Positions 1 to 12,800 of a stretch of 64,000 nt of DNA are shown piece after piece. The stretch comes from Blepharisma stoltei ATCC 30299 (taxonomy: Eukaryota > Protista > Ciliophora), in assembly GCA_965603825.1 (NCBI GenBank), contig CBFDEM010000018.1, positions 806,001 through 870,000 on the forward strand, in the 5' to 3' direction. Position 1 is the first letter of the stretch; each line of letters starts with the position of its first letter. Under the pieces are notes generated by a model. That model was given only the letters and a program-made list of their open reading frames with translations, made no database searches and was not told where the DNA came from. Both the position numbers and the translations under genes were made by a program.

Positions 1-84
1 TTCTTTAGCTCTTCTTCATCTGATTTCTTAATTTTCAAATTCAAATAAAGCTTCTCAACGTTGTCTATCTTTGTAAAATTTTTA

Positions 85-714
85 ATGGCGTTCATGAAAT
101 ATGACCCTGGGTATGACTTCTCCAATAAAGGAATCGATTGGGAAGAATACCAGCGTGAAGTCCGCTTAAGAACAGATGCAGTATGGGAGCGTCAAAAACT
201 CAAAGACTATTTCCGCCTATTTTACAAGATTTTCTATTGGGATCCAAAAACAGAGCAATATTACATCACCATGCCTCTTCATAAAAACTATAACTCTCCA
301 GATGGCTGGCGTTTCAAACCTCATCATGGCTACAACCCTACAGGCAAATCCAATTCTTATCAAAGAAGCAAAGCCAAAGAATTCGGCACTAGAACAGTCT
401 CCCTCAGCTACGCAGATACTTTAAGAGACAAAAACACTGTCTGCTTCTTCCGTTTTAGAGCTTATAAGAAATGCGAAGGAAACACTTTACTTCCTCAAAT
501 TCTGGAGAAGCCAGGAGAAAAGTTTAACCCAGAGTGCTATCAAGAAATGCTTGATATGGTCGAATACTGCAGCAATGTACAACTTAACTGGCTTTCTGAT
601 ATGTGGCATCATATGAAGATGAATCAAGATAAGTCTGTGTTTAGCAATAATGATGAACTTAAAATGATGATTGATGAGTTCGACAACCCTGACGTGGATG
701 TCAAGACTTATTAA
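85..714 (+). CDS. CX9C/CX10C protein, probable mitochondrial cytochrome c oxidase subunit 6B-like protein
   Basis: ATG at 85 (MAFMKYD...), TAA at 714. CFFRFRAYKKC (CX9C) and CYQEMLDMVEYC (CX10C) followed by W..W resemble the COX6B/Cox12 cysteine pattern. All Trp codons are TGG. Confidence 0.5.
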   Translation: MAFMKYDPGYDFSNKGIDWEEYQREVRLRTDAVWERQKLKDYFRLFYKIFYWDPKTEQYYITMPLHKNYNSPDGWRFKPHHGYNPTGKSNSYQRSKAKEFGTRTVSLSYADTLRDKNTVCFFRFRAYKKCEGNTLLPQILEKPGEKFNPECYQEMLDMVEYCSNVQLNWLSDMWHHMKMNQDKSVFSNNDELKMMIDEFDNPDVDVKTY

Positions 715-1564
715 GCTAATTTCAGCTTTAAGAAAATTTTAAAGAATAATTAGATGGAAATAGCCAATATAGAAAGAAAATAAATGCTTTTTTATTTTTA
801 TTATATCTTAACCTTCAAAGCATCCTTATCACTTACTCATGCCCCTTTTTTGCATCTTCTTCATAAATAAATACCACTGAATTATTAAAGATCTGTAATA
901 AATAATATTTCAATATAGCTTAGCACATTATCATCTACGAAATAAGAATCAATAATAAAAAATAAAAAGAAAATTCCAATTCTGCCATTTTAAATTTCAT
1001 ACCTGCTATTGTAAAGTATCCTTTTTAGCTAATAAATATGATAGAAATTCAGTTTTTTTAGCATATTCAATAAATTTATGTATGAGTAACTAAAAACATT
1101 ATTTCTTCAAGTATATTTTTAATTCAAAATATTTTCTGGCAAAGCCTAAATAATTCACATATTTTTAATCTTCTTTAAAAAGATAAAGAAATTTTTTCAC
1201 ATAAATCGGTCGAAATTCTCTCTTAAAGCTTTTTAATGTGGATGCCTTACTAGAGAGGACATTTGCCATAATAAATTTTAATATTGAAATCTGAATACTC
1301 TCAGTAATGAAAGTTTTGTGCGATTTTGATAAAAGAAGGATAGTAGAATGAACAATTTGTGCTCATAGACTATATTGAAATTTTTATTCAATCATGTGGG
1401 ATGAAAGATTCTAAAATTCAAAAATTTAATTTATAATATATGAAAAAGAGATACTTGTAGCTTGAACAATAAAGGGCTTCATTCCATTTAAAGCCAGTTT
1501 AATCAAGCATTAGTATAATTTTTTTGATTTTTTAATGCCAAAATGGCAGCTAATACTTAATAAA

Positions 1565-2497
1565 ATGAGCAAGCCTGTCAGAAAAAACGGGTTAGATCGC
1601 CCCTTTGACCCTCTACAAGTTTCCGGCTGAATCCTAATGTCTTCGAATTTGGTTATTGTTGGGATTATCTTAATCCCAACTTTTGAGCAATCTTTGCAGG
1701 TACTCTCAAAATAGATAGTGCTCTCATTATTATTTTATTCTACTCAATTAATTACTATGGTATTAGCGGCAACTTTGACAGCTGGAAATCCAACAGATCC
1801 TATTTCAATATCTGATAAAGCAGCAATAAAAAAAGGCAATTTTTTTGATAAATCAATTTCTAAAACAGTATGTACAATATGCTGCTGCAGCGTCAGTCCA
1901 AATAGCAAGCACTGTGGCTCTTGCAATCGATGTGTTGATGGGTTTGATCACCATTGCAAGTGGCTAAATAATTGTATAGGAAACCAAAACTATAAAAAAT
2001 TTATATTACTTTTGGTATGCATTGATATCAATATGCCGATATTAGTAGGATTTGGAATTAAATCTTTATGTACATATTTTAATGACACTGAAATATATAA
2101 AGAAAGACTGTCAGATCTATTTGGATGTTCAAATGAAGCATTATTCTTATTTTTTACGTTTACTACAATAAGTGAAGCACTTCTTGTTATAACGTATGAT
2201 AGCTATTTAATTGGATACCATGCTTGACTTAAATGAAAAGGGATTACAACATATCAGCATATTTTAATAAAAAAGGCAAAACATGATAAAAAAATTCATT
2301 CAGATGCGGCTCTGCGCAATTCAATTAAAATGTCATGTTTAATTCCTTCAACAATTGGAGATAAAGAATTATCAGTATTTTCTGAAAATGGTGAAACTCA
2401 GCATAATAGGCCTTTAGAGCTGCCTATAACTGGCTCAATTATATATACTTTTATCAAAGAGCCAGACAGAGAAGATGCAGAAAATCATGCTGTTTAA
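1565..2497 (+). CDS. DHHC palmitoyltransferase (ZDHHC1/11-like), ~305 aa
   Basis: ATG 1565 MSKPVRKNGLDRPFDPLQ; 15-nt intron 1700-1714; SKHCGSCNRCVDGFDHHCKWLNNCIG motif. TGA readthrough gives HAWLKWKGITTY (TTxE-like region). TAA at 2495-2497. An alternative in-frame ATG lies at 1535. Confidence 0.9.
1700..1714 (+). other. 15-nt spliceosomal intron (GTACTCTCAAAATAG)
   Basis: GT...TAG with A at position 10. It carries an in-frame TAG, and removing it joins the two DHHC exons in frame. Confidence 0.85.
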
Positions 2498-2520
2498 AAT
2501 TTTTAATTAATATTATAACC

Positions 2521-5500
2521 TTATAACTGGTTACCTAAAAAGTAGTTTACAAATGCACTTTCTGTAGGAAATATTGCATTTTTTGACGAATAAATCTGGT
2601 AAGCTTTGCTGATTTTATCATCTTTGTTTTCATTATATAGAAATTGGATTAGAAGAGAATAGCTATCTAATGACAGAGAATTCAAAAATTCTTCAAATAG
2701 CTGACTATTAGAAGATATAAAGCCAATCATGCCGCATTTATTCGGAATCTTCATGATTCCATCTTGCAATGTATTTATTTCTACTCCGCAAAATGTCTCT
2801 TCATCACATTCCATAAGTTTTGCATAAAAATAAGCAGATACTTCAATCCCATAAAAATCTGCAAGTCTTGCTGCATAATTGATTCATTTATTGCATTTGA
2901 TTTCCACTAAGCACTCAATTATTTTTTTAATTGAGTTTTCATTGATTTCTAAATCAATGCAAATATCAACGACTCTTCCTATTTGTTCTTCAGGAATATC
3001 AAGTTTAGCACCTTTTTCATTCAAAAAGTAGATCATTTCTTCGCAGCTTTTTCCTATAATTATATCAGCACTATCTGAAGAAATACTCCTATAAATCCCT
3101 TCGCTCCCAAGCCATTCTAGAATATATAACAAAACTAAATAGGCTTTGAACTTTAATAGGGCTTCAAGCAGATTTTCCCATAGCTTTGCATCTTTGAGTT
3201 TATAGTCCATACAAATTCCAGCTATTAATTGGATTGTTCGATACTCACTTGAATGCTGCTTATATAAGGACTTGCATAGCGTGAGCTTGTCGCATTTTAA
3301 CAATGTTTGCAGGTCATAAGGAATTTTAAGAACTTCTAAATCAGCCATATAATAAAGGTGCTGTAAATAAAGCTTTATATCTTCTGTTGGAAATAAATGC
3401 TTATAATCATCAAGCTCTTCCATAGAAAAAAGCTTTAGAAGCATTGTTACCGCTCTTGCAATAGTTTTAAAGGAGAGTTTGGAGTTTTTAGGATTTGCCC
3501 CATAGTTTAAGAAAGTCTTAAAAATCCAATTTCTGTCAATTGCCCTTGCAAGATATTCTATCCTTAATTCGTTTAGCAAATCAGCATTATCAGCACAATA
3601 ATGAGTTAAGCTATAAGCTCCAATTCTTTTTTTCCCAATATTCTCATCAGACTCTTTTGGCTCTTCATTTAACCACTGGTATAAAAGCTCGTATTTCAGC
3701 TGCACAAGATCTATTTGAAACCTATTTGATATAGACTGGATTAAGTAATCCAAATCAGCTTTTTTAAAGCTTTCTAATCTGTTATAAACTCTTGGAACCA
3801 AACGGAAATATAAAGCGATAATCAATTCTTTAGGATTATCAATAACAGCTGAAAATTCTGCCTCAAGCCCATACTTTTTCAGCTCAAATCTTGTTGAATA
3901 GACACTCAGTTTCCCTTCATTGATCTCAATAGCATTTTTTGTTTTTACTAGCAGAGCTTGGTTATTATTGTTTTCACATCACTCATACCATGACCTCAGC
4001 ACTTTTAAATGTGCTTGCTTTAAAGCTAAAAAATCTTCACTTAAAGGGTAGTGTTTTGCAATTTTTTCATAAAGGTCGCATTTTGTTTTATAAGCTTTTA
4101 TTTGGGATATTGTTTGTTTAATTTCTGAAAATTGAGGACAATAATGACAGCGATTGTTATCGGAGTAGGAATGTGTGTGTTTTTGAAACATATTTTCGAT
4201 GGCTCTTACTCTGAACCAATCTTCATCCAATGATAGAGTTGAAGCAAATTTTATTAGGGTGTCAAGTGTAGATAATGAGAGTTCTTCATTTAGTATTGAC
4301 TTGGGATCAGTTAAGAATAAATCAGCTGAAAAGTATATGTAATTCATAGCAGAGTAGACTTTCTGGACTTCTTTGGTGACTCCTCTTGCGTTTTCTATTA
4401 TAGTCGATCTCTCCTCATGTGATGGCTGAGTGACTCGTCTGTATTGGCTTAAAATTTCAATAGTCGCATAATACTTTTTAAATTGTTGTTGGTTTCTATC
4501 AAGATTTACTAGGTAAGAGAATATGAAAAGAATCCTTGGATAGTCTAAGTGAACGACTCTAGGTAAAATTCTGTCTTTGAGATGATCTAATAGCTCTTCA
4601 GGCTTAATATCATATGCAGCAGCTACAACTTTATCTTTATATGATTCATCAAAAGGGCTTTCATTAATATATTCAGAGAGCTCTTCAGGATCCAAGTCTA
4701 AATGCTCTTTGATTTTATTATTTAGGATAGGATTAAGCAGCTGGAATTCGATGTATGCCAAAAATGCATGGCTCTCATCAATATTATAAGTCCTGCAAAG
4801 CTCTAAGCACATGTCTAGGTCTTCAGTTTTATGCAAAATCTGAGGAAATAATTCAATCAATGACTGTTCTCTGCCATTTAAAATAGTTTTATCAAAAGGA
4901 ATTTTCAGCAAATTCAACGTATGAGTCCACCTTGATGCAGCTTCGTGGTTTTTCCAGTTTCCAGCTTGGTCATGATCTCTCCACAGTATTGCAGAATCCT
5001 GACCCAGCTGGCAAATCATTTGTGTCTTTGAGTACTCATTATTTCTCTGAGGCAAAGATCTATTTAAGTACTCAAATGATTTATCATGCCCCATTGAAAG
5101 CGTAATCCCTAAAGCTAATGAATAATCAATTTCTCTTGAACTTAACACTTTATTTAATAACACGCTTGCGATTTCTTCAACTGATTGGTCTTTTATAAGT
5201 TCTGGCGATTCAAGCAGAAGATTTGTGGCAAGAACTAAGCAGCCACTCCTGTGTAAAACATCAAAAAGTTGCTTAGTGCCTGCTTCTTTGTGAGAAGATC
5301 GGGTTTGAATATAATTTCGAACAAGTGGAATCACTTCTTTGGTGTCAAGAAACATTTGCTCTTCATTAAATACGTTGCGGTTTTCTTTATCTTCGCTTTC
5401 TGTTTGTTGATATATCCAGCCTGCACGCTCTATGTCGGTTGATAGTTGGAGAAAATCAGAAATTTCTTCTGGAGGGCATTTGGAAAGGGCCCATCTAATA

Positions 5501-7353
5501 TAAGGTAAAATCATAGCTGGGATGCTTGTTTCAGTGCAGTTTTGAATCAGATTTAATGATACTTCTTTAATTGCAGACAAAATATATTTAGATGGAGAAT
5601 TTTGAATCAATTCTTGCAGATATGATAGAGACAACATAAAATTTCCCAATTTTGAAGCTTGAATAGCTGCTTGCATTTGAAAAGTATTTCTAGAAAGTTG
5701 AAGTAAATCGGTTAAGTAATATAAGCTTGACAAGCTTAGACATTTTTGTTGAAGCCGCTTAGAAGGAGTTTCTCCATCAATTCTTTTTCTTTTTCTTCTC
5801 CCTGATGATTTTTCAAAGACATTATTTTCATCATTTTTATTTGACAAGCTTTTCAAGTATGGTATCAGGCACTTTATAAGTACAGAAATCCTTATATTTT
5901 CATCAGCGAATTCAGTAAGTGTCAAATGTATTTTAAACTCGCTTGCAAGCTTCTTTATTTGTAAAGCGCAAGCTTGGCTTTTGTTTCAATCCTTTCATGA
6001 TTTTTTGTCAGATCTTGATATATATTCTCCTAAAAATATGACCCCTCTTATCCCTAAATTATAAAATTCACTGCTCCAAGGAAATGACTCACTAAATTGA
6101 GCTTCAACAATAGCTACACATCTCCAATAAACCGTTTCCACAGTTTTAATCCTTTCTTTTTCATCTTTGATCCCTTTCAGTATTTCTGGTATTTTATCTT
6201 CCATATTTCTGCATATTAGTTCAAATATATATTCACTATAAGCGTCTTCAGAGTTCAGTCAATCGAAAACTTGTGAAATTTTAAGACCATCTTGAAGGGC
6301 TGAGCTGTCACCTGACTTTAGTACATATAGGAAAAAAGCTGAAGTTTGAAATCTGTCTCTGACTATAATGTCATGCTCACTATATTTCGCATTTATTTGT
6401 CAAAAATCTACTAGTCCTTTTTGGGTTAGAAGCTGAGATTTATAGCATGTTGGAAATGCAAGAGACTGCTCAAGGATTTCTACAAATATCGGAGGGATTG
6501 GCTTTTTGGAATGAGGCAAAAGATCGACTGTGCCCCTAGCTTTCAATTCTATATCTTGGATATTTTGGATGGCGATCGCTATTTGGTCTTCTAGATTGCT
6601 TGTGTATTCCATTTGCTCAATTATATAGTACAAGTGGCTAAGCAAGACTTGGTCAAGATCTAAATGCCTTTCTTTTACATATTCTTTTAGCTGTAAAATT
6701 CGTTCAGATAGCTCTTCTCCATTTTTGGCCCTTTTTAGCATTTCTGATGCTATTGAAAAGTCATCGTCTAAAAAATTATTAGAAAGCGACAGTGATAATT
6801 TGTATTTTTCTTTCATATCAACTAGTAATTTCAATTTTGATTGAAATGAGAGAAATTCTTCAGATGGAAAATACTGTGAAAATTCTTGCTGGCTGCGGAT
6901 TTTCGCGTTTGCTATTGTTGAAATTTTTGTTGGGATTCCAAGTCTGCATGCAAAAATAGGTGAATGGGTTATAAGCTTTGTTGTTGCATATGCGTCATGG
7001 TAGTTAGAAATGGCTTCAATGCTTTTTGCTCGATTTATGATTGATTTCTCTAAACAAATTAATTGATTTTTTGTTAGATTTGGAATTACTTTAAGCTGTA
7101 TTCAATAAGAAAATTCATTTAATGGGGTTGTGAGAGGTATGGCGGCGATTATATCTTGTATATGGTTTGGTAAATTTTCAGACTCAGAATTGTGCTTGTT
7201 GTAAAGATATATCCCTAGTCTTACATGACCATTTTCAAGCAATGAAGTTAATTCATTCAGGATGTTTGAAGATGATAATCTAAGATTCCTTATATATGAT
7301 TTTTCAGGTGTTCCCAATGAGTAAGAGTTGGTATGTTGAGATTGAATATCCAT
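2521..7353 (-). CDS. KNTC1: Rough deal (Rod/KNTC1)-like kinetochore alpha-solenoid protein, ~1610 aa
   Basis: Six track ORFs share one frame and are separated only by TGA. C-terminal CDKLTLCKSLYKQHSSE..IQLIAGICMDYKLKDAKLWENLL, IDYSLALG, WTHTLNLLKIPF and LDYPRI resemble Rod_C and solenoid motifs of KNTC1. Confidence 0.8.
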
Positions 7354-7557
7354 TATGCCGCCTTTTTAATTATTTATATATGGATACTTAATTGGAAGAA
7401 TCACTGAATTTCTAAATTCTCTAGGTTTGATTAATAACTCTTTGTAAAGATTTGTATACTAAATTTTAGACTATCTTTATTTAATTATGCCACTAAATCA
7501 CTTTAGCATAAACTTTAGAATTACTAATTGTAATCGACTTACTTAAATACTTTTTAA

Positions 7558-8334
7558 TTAAGGAAACTGAGCTAAATGATGTGCATTAGTAGCTTCCAAA
7601 ATCACTTTAAATGCTGGTTTAAGTGAAGCTCCACCAACTAAGAATCCATCAACATCAGGCTGTGCAATCAATTGTGCAGCGTTTTGGTCAGTGACAGATC
7701 CTCCATAAATGACTCTTGTATGAGCAGCTACTTCTGCGCTAACATTGGTGCCCAACCAATTTCTGATCATAGCATGAACTTCTTGAGCTTGCTCTGGTGT
7801 TGCATTTCTTCCAGTTCCAATAGCCCAGACTGGTTCATAAGCCAAAACAACCTTGCTCCAATCAGTGATTCCTTCTTTAAGTGCAGCCAATTGTCTAGCA
7901 ACAACGTCAAGGGTAACGTTAGCTTCTCTTTCTTGAAGATTCTCACCAAAGCATGCAATTACGCTGAGCCCGTGGGCCAAAGCTCTATTGACTTTTTTGG
8001 AGACGACATCATCTGTTTCTCCATAAAGAGTTCTTCTTTCAGAGTGGCCTAATATGGTCCAGCTGAGTCCTAAGTCAATTATTTGTTCTGCTGCCACCTC
8101 GCCTGTAAAAGCGCCTGGGCCAGTCAAGCTGCAATTTTGAGCTGAGACAGAAATTTCAGGCTTAAGAAGGGATCTTGCAAATTGCAAATGGATTGAAACT
8201 GGGGCGACAACAACTTGAACTCTAGCAAAGTCAATCTGAGTAGGGTTCAAAACCTGCTCGATTAGCTCTCTGACTGAAGCTTGGGTTCCATTGGACTTCC
8301 AATTACCACCAACAAAGAATTGTCTGTGAGCCAT
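7558..8334 (-). CDS. TPI1: Triosephosphate isomerase
   Basis: FFVGGNWK, ILGHSERR, AYEPVWAIGTG, YGGSV and DGFLVGGASL motifs. Confidence 0.98.
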   Translation of the reverse strand: MAHRQFFVGGNWKSNGTQASVRELIEQVLNPTQIDFARVQVVVAPVSIHLQFARSLLKPEISVSAQNCSLTGPGAFTGEVAAEQIIDLGLSWTILGHSERRTLYGETDDVVSKKVNRALAHGLSVIACFGENLQEREANVTLDVVARQLAALKEGITDWSKVVLAYEPVWAIGTGRNATPEQAQEVHAMIRNWLGTNVSAEVAAHTRVIYGGSVTDQNAAQLIAQPDVDGFLVGGASLKPAFKVILEATNAHHLAQFP

Positions 8335-8712
8335 TATATTTATATGCTAGATTTATTACAGGGATTTTTGCTGATAATATTAAGGGATGAAAAATAGTGA
8401 GACAGAAATGGAAATAATTTTTAAAGGATTATACTATCGTTACTCTAGTTCTTTAGAAATAAAAAGATTTATGTAAAAATCATCAATATATAAGAATTTT
8501 GGTATTTAATTTAAAATCTTTATAAGAAATGCCAAATAGTGAGAAGCTAAAGTAAAACCCTAAATTTCTCTCAAAATCCATAAAAAAATTACTAACTTTA
8601 AAATCTTTCTTATTTATTTTTAAAAGGCCCATTTCACTGCTGTTATCCATCAATACTCATTTTTCACCTAGTTCATATGATTATTTCTCCCGGAGCGAAT
8701 AATTAAAATAAG

Positions 8713-9720
8713 ATGGAATCAAGTGCAGCTGGAATTTCGCTCTCTCCTCAAATTCCTTATCCTTCAACATATATTTCTCAAGTTCCCAAAAATCCACCTG
8801 CAGGAACCCCTTCTCAGTCTTCTTCTAAAAAACGAAACAAAAACAAGAAAAGACCAATTCCATTAAACCTCGCTGAGCTTTCAAACGCAAGGGTCATCCA
8901 AAGTAATTTAATCTATGTAACAAATATCCCAGCCCAATTGGCCAGCGAAGACCTGCTGAAACGCTATGAGTACTTCGGACAGTATGGAAATATAAAGAAA
9001 TTCTCTGTAAATAAGTCTATTACACATGGAGAAACTGACACTGAGCCCACTTACGTGGCCTACGTCACCTACTCCTCAGACGAAGAAGCTGCTTTATGCC
9101 TAAAAGCAGTCAACAACTTCGAACTGGAAGGAAATACTCTAATCGCCACTTATGGCACAACTAAATATTGTGCATATTTTCTTAAAGGAAATCCTTGCCC
9201 TAAAAAAGAGTGCCTATACCTACATAAGCTAGGAAACCAAGGAGATACCTTAGCTAGGGACATAATGCCTAACGTCAAGCATATTCAGCCTCAGGATGCA
9301 GCTATTGATAGGCTGAAAGTGGTCATTGTTCCTCCTGATCATAACACAAAATTGCCTATAGCGAGGGTTGTGAGGCAAAGAGCGACTAGTGCAGGATCAA
9401 CGTCACCAAAGAGGTTTAGAAACTCAGATCGACCCAGAAGCCGAGTTTTTCATTTGGTGGAAAGTGAAGACCAAGGGGTAGAGATTCCAGAAATTGTAAA
9501 TAAATTAAGGAAAATCGCTTCACCTTGTCAAGATGTTGTGGAAGTGCCGAGTGGAGCGATTGAAGAAATTATGAGCCCAGCTAGTCCTGATAGATGGGCT
9601 GCAGATATATTAGATATTTCTCCTTATCCTTATCCTCTGACTCCTAATCCACTTCGACTTGTAATTGAAGAAGATAAAGTTTTAGTAGCGCCAAAACCAT
9701 ATAGAGCGAAATTCACTTAA
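8713..9720 (+). CDS. Not4/CNOT4-like RRM + CCCH zinc-finger protein lacking the N-terminal RING
   Basis: RVIQSNLIYV..., LLKRYEYFGQYGNIKK and YGTTKYCAYFLKGNPCPKKECLYLH match the Not4 RRM-C3H core. There is no C4C4 RING upstream. Confidence 0.8.
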   Translation: MESSAAGISLSPQIPYPSTYISQVPKNPPAGTPSQSSSKKRNKNKKRPIPLNLAELSNARVIQSNLIYVTNIPAQLASEDLLKRYEYFGQYGNIKKFSVNKSITHGETDTEPTYVAYVTYSSDEEAALCLKAVNNFELEGNTLIATYGTTKYCAYFLKGNPCPKKECLYLHKLGNQGDTLARDIMPNVKHIQPQDAAIDRLKVVIVPPDHNTKLPIARVVRQRATSAGSTSPKRFRNSDRPRSRVFHLVESEDQGVEIPEIVNKLRKIASPCQDVVEVPSGAIEEIMSPASPDRWAADILDISPYPYPLTPNPLRLVIEEDKVLVAPKPYRAKFT

Positions 9721-9839
9721 GTAAAATAATTTGAACTATAACAGAATCTAATTATTATTTCAATTAAATTTGTTCCGTTAATATTTATCAAATAATGGTT
9801 GAACACAATTGCATTTCTATAGCTTTTTAAGACGGTATA

Positions 9840-12800
9840 TTATATATATGAATCTTCAAGGCAGCTTATTACACTTGTATCCTCGCCAAAATCTTTTAAC
9901 CGTGGATCATCTTGTAGCATATTCTTATAGTCGTTTCTGTTATCTAAAAGTTCATTTTTCGCTTTCTTGTGCTTGATTGCTGCATCAGTGTTAGTCCAAG
10001 ACTTTTCAAAAATCCTCATAACTCCTCCAATGGCACTCATAACTCCAAAAACTGAGCCCAATAAAGTGCTTATTAATGTAATAAAAGTTTGTTTTGCCAG
10101 CCTCGTTGTATATAAACTTGTGTCACTTTTATCAAGCCAAATTTGCAGCTTCAAGTCAGAAGTAAATGGGAGCCTAAATAAAAATTACTCTGTTATTGTA
10201 TATTGTGAGCCTCCAACTGGTGAAGAAGCTATTGATACATGATATCCAGTTATTTTGCTAGCCCAATCAGAAACATATGATCTGAATAGCGATGGAGTCA
10301 TAGTAAAATAGAATTTTGTTGGGTTATAGCCTCGAAAAACTGAATTTTCATCTGGAATAAGAACTTCGTTAATGCTACTAATTTCATTTGGAATTGATGA
10401 TGTCGATGTGACATTTACACTAATTGCAGAAGTGTAGCTAGAAACTTCCAAAAGGTTATACTGGACATAAGCTCCAGTCTCAATCACACAGTTTGTACAA
10501 TATAAAGTAATAGTACAGTCGTTTTCTGAAGTCATTTCGCATTCCACATTAAGATAGTCATAAGTTATGTAATATAACTCATGGGTTATAGATGATTTGC
10601 ATACTTTTTTTTCTGAACATTCTCCACCATATCTATAAAAAGTAGTTATGATCATTATAGAAGCAGGGAAGACTGAGACATCATTTTCCAAAGTTACCAA
10701 TGGAACCAATGCCTTTGTTTCTTCTATATTATTTAGATCATAAGTTATTATGTCAGAGCAGATCAGAATGATGGCAAGAATTATGAAAAAAATACTGAAA
10801 AGACCCCCTATTTTGGTTTTCATAAGCTTCATTGGAGCATCAAGTTTGTAGTTATGTTTATCTGAGTATAAGTCTATTGATAATAACTGATTTCTTGCAG
10901 TTTTCACAAAGTAAATCAAAATAAATACGAAAAAGGCGACAATCATGACAGCAATAACCATGAAATTCGTTGCACTTTGAGCATCACCGTCAGTTTTGCC
11001 ATAGAGTTTAGGCTGAATTGATTCAGATGTAGCATCTACAGAATCATCTAAAGGCACAGTGCTTCCTACAGGACAAGTTTTGCCTGCTGGGCAATTCATA
11101 CACACAGAAGCTCCTTCGTTGTTGCTGAAAGAATTTTGGCTGCATGGATAGCACTGTCTGGCAGTGTTGGCTCCTTTAGATGGATTAAAACTACCTTTAG
11201 GACATTGATAGCATGAAGAAAGCCCATAATCATCAGCATAGCTACCTTTTGAGCACTCTATGCATGAATTGCTACTTAGATAAGTCCCTGGGCTGCACGT
11301 ATAAGGGCAAGGACTCATATTGGGACATTTCAAGTCTATTTCCAAAAAGCTTGCTTTTGTCACTGAAGTTCTCATCGCTTGGCCAAAAACAGCTCCTCCT
11401 CCATGCAAATAAAGAGTTGTTTTATAGTATGTAAAAGCAGAATTATAGTAATAATCTGGAAGACTGGATATTGTCGTAAAAGTATTTGTGTTGAGGCTTA
11501 AAATATAAATATCATTGAAAACATCAGTTGACCATTGCTCACCGCCCATTACAACAATAGTTTGGTTCATTTTTTTAACTGCTGCTTGCGCTCTGTTTGT
11601 GAGCGGGGTTGCGCCATTTGTAGTATAGATTTTCGTCCATATTTTAGTTGTGAAATTAAAAGAGTCTATGTCTCCTAATGGAACTTCTCCATCAGCAGTT
11701 CCGTACATAGAGATTAAGTTTATATTTCCATATTCATCGACTTGCAGCTCACATACAGGGCCAATAACTGGGGTTGGGCCTCCTTCCCCGGTTCCATCAT
11801 AAATTAGTGTATATTCATTAGTTCCGCTGTCATATCGCCATACTTCTCTTGATAGCCCTGCACTGGTTTTTCCAGCAAAAATAAAGATATAAGGCATTGA
11901 TATTTTTATGCATGCTCCTGTCCTTGCGCTAGGACTAGAACTCGAGGTTGGCACAACCTGCTGCCATATTTCTGACAATGTATTAAACTGATACATATCA
12001 TTTAAATACCCAGAGCTGTCCTTCCCCCCAAAAATGATCATAACGTCTCCTTGAGAGCTTGCAGCATGGCCAGATCTGGCTGTTGGAGTTGTTCCTTGTG
12101 CTTTGACTGATTCCCAAAGGGCATCATCTGGATAATAAATCCACAAATCATTCATATAAGCATTTCCATTATAGCCTCCAAACAGATATAGAAGCCCATC
12201 CATCACACAAAGAGAATGGCTCTCACGAGAACTCGGTCCATTAAAAAGATCACTTAACTTTTTATAAGTGAGTGGATTTTTGGCAAGATCAAACTGGATA
12301 AGGTCATTCATTATTCCAAAAGTGTTACTATAGCCTCCAAATATATAAAAAGAAGTATCTGAAGCAGCATATGCAAAGGAGTCTCTAGGAATGGTACTTT
12401 CTTCACCAGAGTTATAAGAGACACTCATTTCAACCCATTTGAAGTCTGGGTCTGTGAAATCAAGCTTCATAATATTTTTTACATCACCATTGATGTTATC
12501 AGATCACCCATATAATAAATAGGCTGCATTTTTATAGATAATGCTTCCTGAAAAATATCTGTATTCATATTTATAGCTGGGGTTTGTAATATTTATCCAT
12601 AAGTTCGATGATAAATCAAATCGAAAAGTATCAGTGTTGGATGAGTCTTTGTTTACGTCTTTGTTTTCGGTGACATCTCCTCCAAATACATAAATAAATC
12701 CATTGTAATATTGAACTAAAGGACCGTTTAAACGACTTGGAGCCACTGAAGTTGTATTTACGTATTTTGTCCATGTAGCTGATTGAACGTCGAATCTATA

